From the IMG/VR virus record IMGVR_UViG_3300034122_002094: 64,000 nt of DNA; one strand, 5' to 3'. The DNA comes from a virus. The stretch's first letter is position 1; the number at the start of each line of letters is the position of its first letter. Below the pieces are notes generated by a model. That model saw only the letters and a program-made list of their open reading frames with translations, did not search any database and had not been told where the DNA came from. This document shows, one piece after another, positions 1 to 9,927 of the stretch. Both the position numbers and the translations under genes were made by a program.

Positions 1-16
1 ACCGCTACTGGAGGCA

Positions 17-1195
17 TTGATGAGACTCGAAAAATACTTCGCTGAGTTCAGAAGCGAGATGGCTCGCTGCAAAGGCTATCTCTCGACAGATCTGATGCAG
101 CTCTTCAAGAATCTATCAAAAGAGGTCAAGAGGGACAACGGCCAACAGCAGGTCATGGAGGAGCTCGGGCCATACCTTGAGTCGCTCAACAGTGACTGGC
201 CCATCCTTTTTGGCCCCTCTGTGTCATACTACCAGGCGACAGGCGGTCAAAACGACGACAACCTCTTCTCTGATCTGCATGGTCGGCCTGAGCGCTGGGC
301 TCGTCATCTACGCTCTCGCATGAGGATGCCAGTGTTGTTCGACTGCCATCCTGTTCTCTCAAACGAGGCCAAGATCGCGGAGGAGAACGAAGCGCTCCCC
401 AAGTGCTACAACGCTGCCATTGTCGCTCACAGCTACGAAGAGCTCGCCAGAAAGCTTGCTCTGCTCCCAGAAGGCCTCCTGGCCCTCAAGCTGTCATGGA
501 GCAACGAGATGGCGCCCGAACTTCGGCGTCAATCAACTTCGCCTCGCGATTTTGACAGACGACAGGAACCTCGTGTCCTCGATCTGAGCCGCTTCAAGAG
601 ACTTCGCTACCTCAAGTTCGTCCCTGGATTCGTCGGCCCTACAAGCGTCTTTTACGCTGGCCACCAGCAATATGACGACAGGGCTCTTGTCACAAGAGAG
701 TGCTTGTTCAACAGACTTGTCCTGCCGAACAGCATCGAGATTCTGAATATGGGCGCCGAGCACGGCACAGGCTGTTTGTCGCGGATAAAACCGCAGGACA
801 GCGTGGCTGTGATCGACGGTCATGATATGAGCACAGGCTTTATCAGAGACTCACATCGACGCTGGCTCAGCAGCTTTGATGACGTGGTCTTAGAAAACCT
901 GGTTATCTACGAGGGCGATCCATTCCTGTGTCGTATGCCGAATGTTGAGCAGATTCTGTCACTTAACTATTCTCAGATGATGCTGAGTGCATCATTGCAA
1001 CTACACAAGGTTGAAGAGATCGCATCGAAAAATCCGAGCGTGACCTTCTCTCTGTGGAACTCTGAGAGCCAGTTCATGGTGCTGAATCCGACCTCTCCAA
1101 TGACTCACTTTGAGAATCGCGGAGACGCCTCGTCGTATCAGCGGTGGTGGCGCGATAATAGCAAAAAATGGTGTATCCTACCGGAGGATAAATGA
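17..1195 (+). CDS. Hypothetical protein with LRR/FNIP-like segment
   Basis: 392-aa ORF with GGAGG SD upstream. Contains LDLSRFKRLRYL...LVLPNSIEILNM, and its stop overlaps the next start. Confidence 0.55.
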   Translation: MMRLEKYFAEFRSEMARCKGYLSTDLMQLFKNLSKEVKRDNGQQQVMEELGPYLESLNSDWPILFGPSVSYYQATGGQNDDNLFSDLHGRPERWARHLRSRMRMPVLFDCHPVLSNEAKIAEENEALPKCYNAAIVAHSYEELARKLALLPEGLLALKLSWSNEMAPELRRQSTSPRDFDRRQEPRVLDLSRFKRLRYLKFVPGFVGPTSVFYAGHQQYDDRALVTRECLFNRLVLPNSIEILNMGAEHGTGCLSRIKPQDSVAVIDGHDMSTGFIRDSHRRWLSSFDDVVLENLVIYEGDPFLCRMPNVEQILSLNYSQMMLSASLQLHKVEEIASKNPSVTFSLWNSESQFMVLNPTSPMTHFENRGDASSYQRWWRDNSKKWCILPEDK

Positions 1196-2835
1196 TCTCG
1201 AAGATCAAGGACAAGATTGCAGCCAAGGCTGAGTCAGGATTGGAGTCTATCAACTCGGGGCTTGCGCATCTCTCAAGGATGAGGCACATCCGCTCCATTA
1301 TGACGGAGGAAGAGAAGTACCTGGACCAGCTCATGGTCTTCTTCGACAGCGCGAAGATCGCAACAGCAGCCAATGACCGCGCTGGTCACGAGCCCGAGCT
1401 TGTGGACTCGCCCAAAGGCCTGCACCTGTCAGAGCAAAATTATGGGCCTTTGCCGCTTGAGCCAAAGAAGGTCTTTGACAGGCCTCTTAATCTCAACAAG
1501 GGACTGGTTGATAAAGCCCATACAGTGGAAGAGATGGAAGAGATCCACGAATACTACCGTGGTCTTGCGAGAGCGTTTCTCAATCTGCACCGGCTTGTTC
1601 GACTGTGGACTGAAGAATATCTCAAGCAAAACAACGACGTAGAGGACACCATCTACAAGATCTTCTCTTCTTTCGGAGAGTATTTCGATGCCCTCGGCTA
1701 TCACGAGTGGTTCACGGCCAACCTCATGGCCGATGCAGCCAAAGCGATCGAGCGCAATGAGACGCTGTTAGAAGAGATCCGACCTGCTCTGCAAGGTTGG
1801 GCGCGCGAGCAGCACGTCGAGAAGGACGTCAGGCAGCTCGCCGACGACGCTGTCTGGATGTACGACCATCTCTACCGTGGCGGCAGCAAGGCCCACCCTG
1901 ACTTTCGGTTTCGTCTGGGCAGGGCGATGGCCAAGCTCGATGTCGTGAACAAAGAGATCCGCACTCGAAACAAGGTCCACGCAGAGATCGCGCTGTCCAG
2001 GTATCGAGCTGCGCAGGTGTTCGGCAAGATGGTAGACTCTGGCGAACAGAAGACCAATCTCAAAAAGAACGATCGGCTCTACAACGTCTGCAAAGACTGG
2101 GAGGCTGCTGTGAGCCAGAGCCAGACGAGCAAGATCGTGGGAGAGGTCATCTCTCTCTTCATGTCAAAAGCATCGAAGCACCAGGTCATCGTCTGGCAAA
2201 ACGACATGGGCCACCGCAGCAAGGCAGTGCTGCACTCGCACATTGACGTTCATGACAAAGTCTCTACATACAGATCCTATGTGCCTCAGCTAGAGCTCTT
2301 GAGCGCTCTTTCCGATAGGATGCAAGACAGATGCACTGCGCTACACCGACTCTTCGACGGTCCAACTGTTGCTGGTGAGCTGAGCCCTGTCGAAGCTTAT
2401 GGCCGATCACTTCTGTCGCAGCGGTTCTTCCGTCGCCGAGCCAAATGGGCCTATGGAGAGAATGATAGCATGGCGAGCACTCATCAGTCGTGGGACTGCA
2501 CGGCTGTCTTCTCGACCGGCTTTTACGATGGAAGCTACGAGAACATCGTGTCGACAGACAGCATGACGCCGATGGAGGTGTTCAAGAGCCACAAGCGTCT
2601 GGTTGTCCACGTCAAGCACCAGGCGCCGCTGAGGCTCGGCGATCTGATGTGGGCGATGGCGACCGTCGAGCTCATGTCGCCTGGGCTGAACAGGCGGCAC
2701 GCGGAGCGTGTCAAGCAGGTCCTCAACGCCATTCATCCTGGCGAGTATGGCCGTCTCATTGCTGCGCTGGAGCCTCTGCAAGGCAAGGATGGACCGCTTC
2801 TTGGCAAGATCTTCCGCTTGTCGGATGATCAATAA
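1192..2835 (+). CDS. Hypothetical helical protein
   Basis: 547-aa ORF with GGAGG SD, followed by a terminator. No recognisable motif. Confidence 0.7.
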   Translation: MISKIKDKIAAKAESGLESINSGLAHLSRMRHIRSIMTEEEKYLDQLMVFFDSAKIATAANDRAGHEPELVDSPKGLHLSEQNYGPLPLEPKKVFDRPLNLNKGLVDKAHTVEEMEEIHEYYRGLARAFLNLHRLVRLWTEEYLKQNNDVEDTIYKIFSSFGEYFDALGYHEWFTANLMADAAKAIERNETLLEEIRPALQGWAREQHVEKDVRQLADDAVWMYDHLYRGGSKAHPDFRFRLGRAMAKLDVVNKEIRTRNKVHAEIALSRYRAAQVFGKMVDSGEQKTNLKKNDRLYNVCKDWEAAVSQSQTSKIVGEVISLFMSKASKHQVIVWQNDMGHRSKAVLHSHIDVHDKVSTYRSYVPQLELLSALSDRMQDRCTALHRLFDGPTVAGELSPVEAYGRSLLSQRFFRRRAKWAYGENDSMASTHQSWDCTAVFSTGFYDGSYENIVSTDSMTPMEVFKSHKRLVVHVKHQAPLRLGDLMWAMATVELMSPGLNRRHAERVKQVLNAIHPGEYGRLIAALEPLQGKDGPLLGKIFRLSDDQ

Positions 2836-2856
2836 AATATCACTAAAATCTCGTTG

Positions 2857-2892
2857 CACAAAAAAGAGCCTCATTGTAGGCTCTTTTTTGTG
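2857..2892 (+). terminator. Intrinsic terminator (bidirectional type)
   Basis: Perfect 15-bp inverted repeat CACAAAAAAGAGCCT/AGGCTCTTTTTTGTG with a 6-nt loop and T-tract. Confidence 0.85.
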
Positions 2893-2924
2893 GCGAGCTG
2901 TCACCATAGCAAAAGGAAAAGAAG

Positions 2925-3647
2925 ATGCCGTACAAGAACGTGAATGAGATCGAGAGCTTGGAAGACGCAATGAAGCTGACCAAGCTTTACACTTACATGC
3001 GAGGCGAATCGATCCGGATCGACATCAGCCATCATCCAGTGGTCCGCAATGTGCTGAAGCTGGAGATCGAGTTGGAGTACGATAGCGCCAAGCCCCTTGA
3101 GATGGAGTCCATTCATCCTGGCGGCTGTCTACTGAGCGAGCTGGATCAGAGCTTCTCTCCGCAGGGCTCTGACTGCTTTGATGCCCTCAAAGATAGCAAG
3201 TTCGTCTCCTACGACGTCTCAGTCGGCAGCTACTCCAGCTCGGTCAATGTGATCGATGATCAGATGAGACTGCGAGCTGGCGAGGTCGGAGAGCTCTTGC
3301 GATTCGCTCTTGAAGACGCGATCACTGTTGACAGCGACGTGAGCTGCCACCTGGAGGCGCAAACGTCTGCGTCTGTCGATAACTGGCCGTTCGTCATCGA
3401 GATGGTGATCGGTGGTGTGCATCACAACTTCAGGTCTTCGGTTGTCGACAACTATGGCCAGAAGTCGTTCTTCCTCAAGAATGGCAAGCTGAACGCGCGC
3501 AGCGCAGATATGGTGAAGAGCCTCACCGAATACTTCCAACGCTGCAAGCTGAGTATGCGAGAAAAGCACAAGGCAACTCTGCGTGAGATCAACGAGATCG
3601 ACGCTCAGATCGCAAAGCTCGAAGAGAAGAAGAGGAAGCTGCTATGA
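2925..3647 (+). CDS. Hypothetical protein with C-terminal coiled coil
   Basis: 240-aa ORF ending LREINEIDAQIAKLEEKKRK, with ATGA overlap to the next gene. Confidence 0.7.
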   Translation: MPYKNVNEIESLEDAMKLTKLYTYMRGESIRIDISHHPVVRNVLKLEIELEYDSAKPLEMESIHPGGCLLSELDQSFSPQGSDCFDALKDSKFVSYDVSVGSYSSSVNVIDDQMRLRAGEVGELLRFALEDAITVDSDVSCHLEAQTSASVDNWPFVIEMVIGGVHHNFRSSVVDNYGQKSFFLKNGKLNARSADMVKSLTEYFQRCKLSMREKHKATLREINEIDAQIAKLEEKKRKLL

Positions 3648-4756
3648 GTAGAAAAATTGAGATGCGGATCGCGACGACCTCCATCTACTGGGCTTTGACC
3701 AGCGTAATCCAGGGAGATCTCGTGATCCCTGAGTTCCAACGCGAGTACGTCTGGACCAAGGACAATGTTGAGGAGCTCATCGACTCGCTGGTCAAGCAAT
3801 ACCCGATCGGAGCCATCACCACCATCGGCGCGGCAGGCCTCCCGCTTCTGCCGATCAAGAACGTGTGGCTGACCCAGGAAGGCGTTGATGCCTGCCACAA
3901 GCACGTCGTTGATCGTGGCATCAAGCCTGACTATCTGTATGTGCTGGATGGCGCCCAGCGGCTTCAGACGCTGTACAAGCTGTTCGTCAGCGGCGACTAC
4001 CGACTGCTCTACAATCCTATGACGGACCACTGGAAAGTTCTGACGGCTGAGCAGCAAGAGCGTGATGGTGATGTCTTCCCGTATATCAGCATCACTGAGA
4101 TCTACGCTTACCACTTCTCTCGCGATGGCAGAAAGCTCGGGGCCAACTGGCGTGATCTTGAGAAAGTCCAGGCCATGCTGTCAAAGCCCGCTCTGGCGCC
4201 CTGCAAAGATCCGCATCTCAACAGCATCTCTCGCAAGACCTCTTCACTGACCCTGTGGCGCTACCGTATGCACGAAGAGATGATGCGCTATCGCACCCGC
4301 GAGCGGCATGGTTCTCCTTTTGCTCGCGTGGAGAACGAGGACGAGCTGCTCGACCAGTACAATGAAGCCAATCAGCTCATCCGCGAGCTACCCGAGCCGC
4401 CCATGACGCTTCGGGGTGCCGAGTACACGGCCAAGCAGAAGAGCGATCGCAAGAAAGAGATCCAGAAGATCGAGCGGAGTAACGCCGCTGAGCTCCGCTC
4501 GATCCGAGAGCGCTTCAAGGAGGCGCTGGAGATCGGCGACAACAAGGAGGACGCGGATAAGATCTCGCACTTCACTGACATGATCGAGAGCTTTGAAGAG
4601 AAGCTGCTCAGCCGCTCCAACCTTGCAATGAATCGCTTCAGCCTTGGCGAAGGCGGCTCGCTCAAGGAGGCGGTCAAGGTGTTCAAGCGCATCAACATGG
4701 CTGGCGTGCCCGTCGATATGTCCTTCCTGGACAAGCTCGCAGAGGAAGAGAAATGA
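3644..4756 (+). CDS. DUF262 (GmrS/ParB-like fold) protein without a nuclease domain
   Basis: Motifs IPEFQREYVW, LIDSLVKQYPIG, VLDGAQRLQTL and FKRINxAG. The protein ends shortly after the last motif. Confidence 0.85.
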   Translation: MSRKIEMRIATTSIYWALTSVIQGDLVIPEFQREYVWTKDNVEELIDSLVKQYPIGAITTIGAAGLPLLPIKNVWLTQEGVDACHKHVVDRGIKPDYLYVLDGAQRLQTLYKLFVSGDYRLLYNPMTDHWKVLTAEQQERDGDVFPYISITEIYAYHFSRDGRKLGANWRDLEKVQAMLSKPALAPCKDPHLNSISRKTSSLTLWRYRMHEEMMRYRTRERHGSPFARVENEDELLDQYNEANQLIRELPEPPMTLRGAEYTAKQKSDRKKEIQKIERSNAAELRSIRERFKEALEIGDNKEDADKISHFTDMIESFEEKLLSRSNLAMNRFSLGEGGSLKEAVKVFKRINMAGVPVDMSFLDKLAEEEK

Positions 4757-5361
4757 CTGACAAAACAAGAAGTTATCCGATGGACGACACCGTCGCCATC
4801 TTTCACAAGACAAAAGAGAAGTGGGGTGGCCTGTCGAATATGGCAGGCGGATACCCCATCTCATGCGTCGGATTCCAGTGCTTCAGCTCCGAGGCTCTCT
4901 ATCAGGCGATGAAGCTGCCAGACCGCTCTGACGTCCAGGCCGCCATCCTCGCTGACAAGAACGCCTTCACCTCGAAGCTCAAGGCCAAGAGCTGTGTAGC
5001 CGATCACAGGGCAGACTGGGACAGTATCCGCGTCGAGGTGATGCGGTGGGTCATCAAGTGCAAGCTCATCTGCAATGAGAAGGCCTTTGGTGCTCTGCTT
5101 CTTGAGACAGGAGACCGTTACATCGTGGAGAGGTCTCACAAGGACACCTTCTGGGGCACAGTGCCCCAGCTCGACCGTCTGGTTGGCAGAAACATCCTTG
5201 GTCGCTTGCTTATGGAGCTGAGAGTGTGCTATAAAGAGGCTCTGGCACGCGAGGCGGCTGGTGGCCTGCGCGCAGACGATCAGTTCTGGTCTATGCAGCC
5301 GTTGTTTGAGGTCAAGCTCGTCGACAAGATCATCACCGCTGAGGAGTTCAAGAGAACATGA
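4753..5361 (+). CDS. NADAR (YbiA-like) family hydrolase
   Basis: Motifs LSNM, SSEALYQAMK, DWDSIRVEVM, LLETGDRYIVE, DTFWG and GRNILGRLLMELR. Confidence 0.9.
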   Translation: MTDKTRSYPMDDTVAIFHKTKEKWGGLSNMAGGYPISCVGFQCFSSEALYQAMKLPDRSDVQAAILADKNAFTSKLKAKSCVADHRADWDSIRVEVMRWVIKCKLICNEKAFGALLLETGDRYIVERSHKDTFWGTVPQLDRLVGRNILGRLLMELRVCYKEALAREAAGGLRADDQFWSMQPLFEVKLVDKIITAEEFKRT

Positions 5362-5627
5362 GAAAGCCCACAGAGACCGAGCAGCACTACATGAACGAGA
5401 ACCTGCTCTCCAAGGACAAGATCAAGGAGCTCCAGAAGATGAGCGGCGAGGAGAAGTCGCACTACTGCATCATCACGTCCTGCCAGGCCGCAAAGCTGCT
5501 GAACTCCTCTGATCCAGAATCGAGGGGCAAGGGCTTCGCGCTGATTGACGGCTTGAAGAAGGTGTCAGACAGCATGAAGCCTGAAGAGCGGTCTCAGATG
5601 TTCGACATCCTGTACGCGAGAGGCTGA
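5358..5627 (+). CDS. Hypothetical protein
   Basis: 89-aa ORF translationally coupled on both sides. Confidence 0.65.
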   Translation: MRKPTETEQHYMNENLLSKDKIKELQKMSGEEKSHYCIITSCQAAKLLNSSDPESRGKGFALIDGLKKVSDSMKPEERSQMFDILYARG

Positions 5628-5628
5628 T

Positions 5629-7029
5629 ATGAACATCAACACTTTGATGAGCGCCATCAGGCAGCACATGCAGAAGCGCTACATCATCACAGCGCAGACA
5701 GAGACACTGGTCTCTCAAATCGCGACGTCTGTCATCGAAGGTCATCTGTCGCCCGAGCAGTTCTTCGACGAGGTTGTGTCTGCCATTCAAGCATATGCCC
5801 ACCCCATGATGTTCGAGGAGGAGCGGCCCTTCGTCATCAAGCCAGCCTCATCTCACTACAACCCTGAGGCTCGTTTTGACTTCTTTCATGCCTGCTCGAA
5901 CGCAGAGGGCAATGGCTGGCACTATGGCTCCATCGATCAGTTAAAGAGGATCGATAAGACGAATGCCAAATCGATCATTATGGGCGGCATTTACGCCCTG
6001 ATGGGTGATCAGTGTATGCCTATCCGCAAATCTGATAACAGAGATAATGCGCTTGAAGGCAACACTGACATCCTCTTCGCGATGCGCCAGATCTGCCAGG
6101 TCACCTATCAGATCCAGAACGCCCAGAGCCTGAGGATCTTCAAGGAGGCATTGGCAGATCGAGATGTGATGCGCAACTGGCGCGGACTCTATATCGGCGT
6201 TGAGCTATCAGAGATCAAAGATGGCCTCGATCTGACCTCGTTGCGCAACCTGACGTGGCTGCGCATCCAGGCAGGCTACAATCACGACCTCTCGCGGATG
6301 CTGCTCGATGGCACAATCAAGCTGCCAGAGGGGGTTCAGTTCCTGTCCATCTCGCAGTCGATGAGCGACGTGCTGACCTGGCCACTGAATAGTGGAGAGG
6401 TAAGAGTCGGAGACAAGACAGCGCCCATCGGGTTCAGGCTGACCGAGGGAACGCTCAACGAGCAGGCTTTGCGCTACGCATCAGCCACAGACCGGCTCAA
6501 GACCTTCTATCGCATCGAAGACGAGGAGGTCGCGCGTTCTGCTGCCGCTGTCTTCGGAATGACGCCAAAACACACCGAGGAGCTGTACGGTCATTTTCAT
6601 GGCCTGTATAGCCCGCCGAGTTGGTGGCGTCACGCAAGCCTTGAGCACCATGTGCTGGCCTGGAACTTCCCAAGGCTGTCTCTACCCTCGCTGATCTCTT
6701 ACAAAGGCCCTGTGGAGCTCCTGGAGCCTTCTGGATGCCCTTCTCTCAGGATGCTCCAGCCCCACAATGGCATCTTCGGAGCAGCTTCCTGGCGTCCTCA
6801 AGCGCTGACGCTCCAGCGAACTCATTATTACTCGCCGCTCCCGAGCGCAGAAACCTCTGTGGGCCTCCTCAAGGCTCAGATCGCCAAAAGGTTCAAGAGC
6901 GTTGAGGCTGTTTCAACTGCCGGACTGGTCACAAAGAGCCGTCAGGAGCTCAATAAGACAATCTCGATGGTCGAGCTGCATCATGACTCGATCGAGTGCT
7001 ACCGCCGCTACTACCTCCAGGAGAGATGA
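5629..7029 (+). CDS. Hypothetical protein with LRR/FNIP-like segment (possible paralogue of 17..1195)
   Basis: 466-aa ORF containing LDLTSLRNLTWL...IKLPEGVQFLSI. Confidence 0.55.
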   Translation: MNINTLMSAIRQHMQKRYIITAQTETLVSQIATSVIEGHLSPEQFFDEVVSAIQAYAHPMMFEEERPFVIKPASSHYNPEARFDFFHACSNAEGNGWHYGSIDQLKRIDKTNAKSIIMGGIYALMGDQCMPIRKSDNRDNALEGNTDILFAMRQICQVTYQIQNAQSLRIFKEALADRDVMRNWRGLYIGVELSEIKDGLDLTSLRNLTWLRIQAGYNHDLSRMLLDGTIKLPEGVQFLSISQSMSDVLTWPLNSGEVRVGDKTAPIGFRLTEGTLNEQALRYASATDRLKTFYRIEDEEVARSAAAVFGMTPKHTEELYGHFHGLYSPPSWWRHASLEHHVLAWNFPRLSLPSLISYKGPVELLEPSGCPSLRMLQPHNGIFGAASWRPQALTLQRTHYYSPLPSAETSVGLLKAQIAKRFKSVEAVSTAGLVTKSRQELNKTISMVELHHDSIECYRRYYLQER

Positions 7030-7030
7030 T

Positions 7031-7417
7031 ATGAAGAACAAACACACCGACAGCAGTGACGAGATCGAGCTCCGTTTGACCGTAGAAGGGCGCGTGCAGA
7101 CGCTGTACAAGAAGATCATGAAGATCATCGGATCAGCGGTCGACAGCGTGCTCGCTGCCCTCATCCTCGTGGGCGGAGGTTTGTCCCTGGCCCTTGTCAC
7201 GGTGGTCACCTTCGTGCTGACCTTTGCGATCGCCTTCGGCATCAGGGCGCTCTTCTGGCTGCTGCTCACCTTCATGACGTTCGCGTGCTTCCTGAGCACC
7301 GACTCGACCATGACCATCGCTGGCAACGAGATCAAGCTCTGGCTCGCGCTTGGCCTCGGGCTCACGTTTGCAAGCATGGTGTTCTCCTCCAACGGAGGCT
7401 CTCGTGGAAAAAACTGA
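7031..7417 (+). CDS. Membrane protein
   Basis: ATG at 7031 lies just after the upstream stop; about three hydrophobic segments. Confidence 0.7.
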   Translation: MKNKHTDSSDEIELRLTVEGRVQTLYKKIMKIIGSAVDSVLAALILVGGGLSLALVTVVTFVLTFAIAFGIRALFWLLLTFMTFACFLSTDSTMTIAGNEIKLWLALGLGLTFASMVFSSNGGSRGKN

Positions 7418-8876
7418 TGAGCAAAAGATCCGCTTGCGATCGCTGCCTGTCCTGACGCACAGAGGCGAGCCCGCTCTCTTCGATTCAGATCTTGGCGGGT
7501 CCAGCATCCTCAGATCGAATCTGATCTCCTACAATGAGGATGCCGGTCGCTTCGAGATGATCTGGAGATACACCGGCAAGCTCAAGCCGACGATGGTCAA
7601 CGACTTTGACCTGCGGGATCCTGCTCGTCTCTGGCAAGAGAGAGTCGATGAATTTGCCCACCAGTGGCTGTCAAGTCACTTCTCAAAAGAGAATGGCCAC
7701 AACGAAGGGGAGCGCGGTTACTTCGGTCCGAAGCAGCGCAATCGCTCGCTCATCTCTGTCGTCATGGGCAATCGACGGACGCTTGCCTGGGTGGAGAACG
7801 AGCCGAGACACCCCGAGATTGAGTTCAGTCTGATCCGCATCCCGCACAATGATGATGCGATGGTGGTTGCCAAGCGCTGTGCTGATGCGGTCATCGCCGG
7901 AACCGATCCGTTCGGGATGCAGGCGAACATCGTGCTCGGCCACTGGATCATCGAAGGCTTGAGCCTGGCCATCGACAATAACGCCTTCATCGGAGAGTGG
8001 CGATCTCTGATGGCAGAGAGCAAGCCAAGCAAGGAGCGAGCTGGCCACCTGCTAAGCTTCTGGCCTCCGCATATGCAGACGTTTGCACAAGCAACAGGTC
8101 AGTTTGTTCAGCGCTGCGCCGAGCTCGATGAGCTGTATACTGCTCAGCATGTCCTCAGCGAGGTCAATCACCGCCGAATCTTCAACAGTGATGTTGGGCG
8201 GGAAGAGCTTCGGCGCTCTCTCAATGTGGTGTGTCAACCGTTTGCATATACGACCGCAGAGAGGCTCAACGAGCTCACAAGCTGGGAGGCCAAGCCAGAC
8301 ACTGACTCAAGCATCTCAAGCAGAATAGGGTTGGTATCAACTCCTTTCATGCTTGACGAGCTGTCATTTTTCAACACGACTCATATCCAAGGAGAGATCT
8401 CCGGCGCCATGAGGCCGTATGTTGAGCAGGTTCTTGGGAACACCAACATCGCCTGGCCTGACAGAACAGACGCTGTTCGCCGGATGAGTCAGACGATCGC
8501 TGAAGGCCAGTTAAGGATCCCGAATAGCCAGATCAACACGCCACGACCGACAAGACAGGAAGCTGTCTTCAGCCCTGACTCGTCTGGAATCCATCCGGCA
8601 GACCTGACAGGACGGCTCGTGAGGGTGAGGCGCCAAAATGATGCCGCCGACTCTGCCAGCTTTGCCAACGAGGTCATGGGCGTCATCATGGACAGCACGG
8701 CAACGGAAAACCCCTGGCAAAGTCCCAGCCGATCGGGCGCTCAGATTCTCGAAGACCTGAGACGTGTCATGGCCGGTCCAGAGCGCTCCTCGCCCGAGGT
8801 GACCTTCCAGTCGTTCTATGCTGGGACGTATCCAAAAGACGAACAAAACAAGAAGGAAGATGATGAAAAGCCCTAG
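7404..8876 (+). CDS. Hypothetical protein
   Basis: Long ORF; GTG at 7404 preceded by GGAGG was chosen as start. Confidence 0.65.
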   Translation: MEKTDEQKIRLRSLPVLTHRGEPALFDSDLGGSSILRSNLISYNEDAGRFEMIWRYTGKLKPTMVNDFDLRDPARLWQERVDEFAHQWLSSHFSKENGHNEGERGYFGPKQRNRSLISVVMGNRRTLAWVENEPRHPEIEFSLIRIPHNDDAMVVAKRCADAVIAGTDPFGMQANIVLGHWIIEGLSLAIDNNAFIGEWRSLMAESKPSKERAGHLLSFWPPHMQTFAQATGQFVQRCAELDELYTAQHVLSEVNHRRIFNSDVGREELRRSLNVVCQPFAYTTAERLNELTSWEAKPDTDSSISSRIGLVSTPFMLDELSFFNTTHIQGEISGAMRPYVEQVLGNTNIAWPDRTDAVRRMSQTIAEGQLRIPNSQINTPRPTRQEAVFSPDSSGIHPADLTGRLVRVRRQNDAADSASFANEVMGVIMDSTATENPWQSPSRSGAQILEDLRRVMAGPERSSPEVTFQSFYAGTYPKDEQNKKEDDEKP

Positions 8877-9858
8877 CAATACCATCAAGTTATGGCGAAT
8901 GATCCTGTGGTCATATCTTGAGTGGCCGCTGATCAAAGCTGGCAAATTTGCGTTCGTCACGCTGGCGCCGTTCGCAGGCAACTGGATCGCGGCTTTCTTT
9001 GTCACTATCTTTGGTCCTCCAAGAGAGCCCCTCCCTACGCTGTACTGGCCGAACTTGCACCAACCACCCTCTCACCTGGTCTGGATCTGGAACGCATTCC
9101 TCTGGTCCTTCTTTGGCCTGATCATGGCTGTCACGGCTGTTGCCGGACTGATCGCAGCGGCAATGTTTATCGCACTCGTCTACGAGTTTTCGATCAAGGC
9201 CGTGAAGTGGGTGGCCAGTCAAGTCTACAAGGCGCCCTCTCTGGCTCGGGAGCTCCTGGAGAAAGAGCGGCAGGCACTGCGGGACAAGAGAGAGGCCGCT
9301 GAGAAGCGTTTGGCTCGCCGAGAACAAGCCGAGAGGGACCGAGCTCAGCGATCTCAGGAGTGGCAAGACAGGAAGGGCCGAATCTCCGCTGTTGGCGATA
9401 CAGCGGGTCCTGGCGACATCCAGGAGGCTCAGGAAGGCCCCAAAGAGCTCTCTGGAGACGTTTCTGGCGCCAAGCCAGACTCAGCCTGGTACTTCCCCAA
9501 TGGATACGACTGGAGAGCTCCTATGGACAATTGGGTAGGCCTGGATGGTGTGGCGAGACGCCCTTCTGAGATTCGTCGGCAGCGTCGAGCGCAATGGCTT
9601 TCGAGTCAGACCACCATTACTCGTCAAGAGCCCGATCTGACCGATGGCTGGAATGCGCAGATCGAAGAGTATGAGCGCCAGATTGATGCCGATGCAAGAA
9701 AAAGAGAGCTTGACATCGAGGAGCTGATGAACTCGACAAAGCACCTGCCAAGCGTTGACAAGATCATCCAGTCGATCCTTGACGCAGGCGACGAGCAGGC
9801 GCGAGCCGAGAAGAAGCTCCCACACGAACAAGACCGCTCTATTGAGCGAAAGGGCTGA
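8860..9858 (+). CDS. Membrane-anchored coiled-coil protein
   Basis: Two N-terminal hydrophobic stretches followed by a charged coiled coil. Confidence 0.65.
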   Translation: MMKSPSNTIKLWRMILWSYLEWPLIKAGKFAFVTLAPFAGNWIAAFFVTIFGPPREPLPTLYWPNLHQPPSHLVWIWNAFLWSFFGLIMAVTAVAGLIAAAMFIALVYEFSIKAVKWVASQVYKAPSLARELLEKERQALRDKREAAEKRLARREQAERDRAQRSQEWQDRKGRISAVGDTAGPGDIQEAQEGPKELSGDVSGAKPDSAWYFPNGYDWRAPMDNWVGLDGVARRPSEIRRQRRAQWLSSQTTITRQEPDLTDGWNAQIEEYERQIDADARKRELDIEELMNSTKHLPSVDKIIQSILDAGDEQARAEKKLPHEQDRSIERKG

Positions 9859-9876
9859 TCCTTCTTCTGATGATAT

Positions 9877-9911
9877 AAAAAGACCCTGGCATACTCTGCC
9901 AGGGTCTTTTT
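9877..9911. terminator. Bidirectional terminator between the convergent blocks
   Basis: Perfect 15-bp inverted repeat AAAAAGACCCTGGCA/TGCCAGGGTCTTTTT. Confidence 0.9.
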
Positions 9912-9927
9912 GTGTTTCATCTGTCGA

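Noticed and set aside
3644-4756. Complete GmrSD restriction system
   Set aside because: No HNH/DUF1524 nuclease domain is present in this ORF or recognisable in its neighbours.
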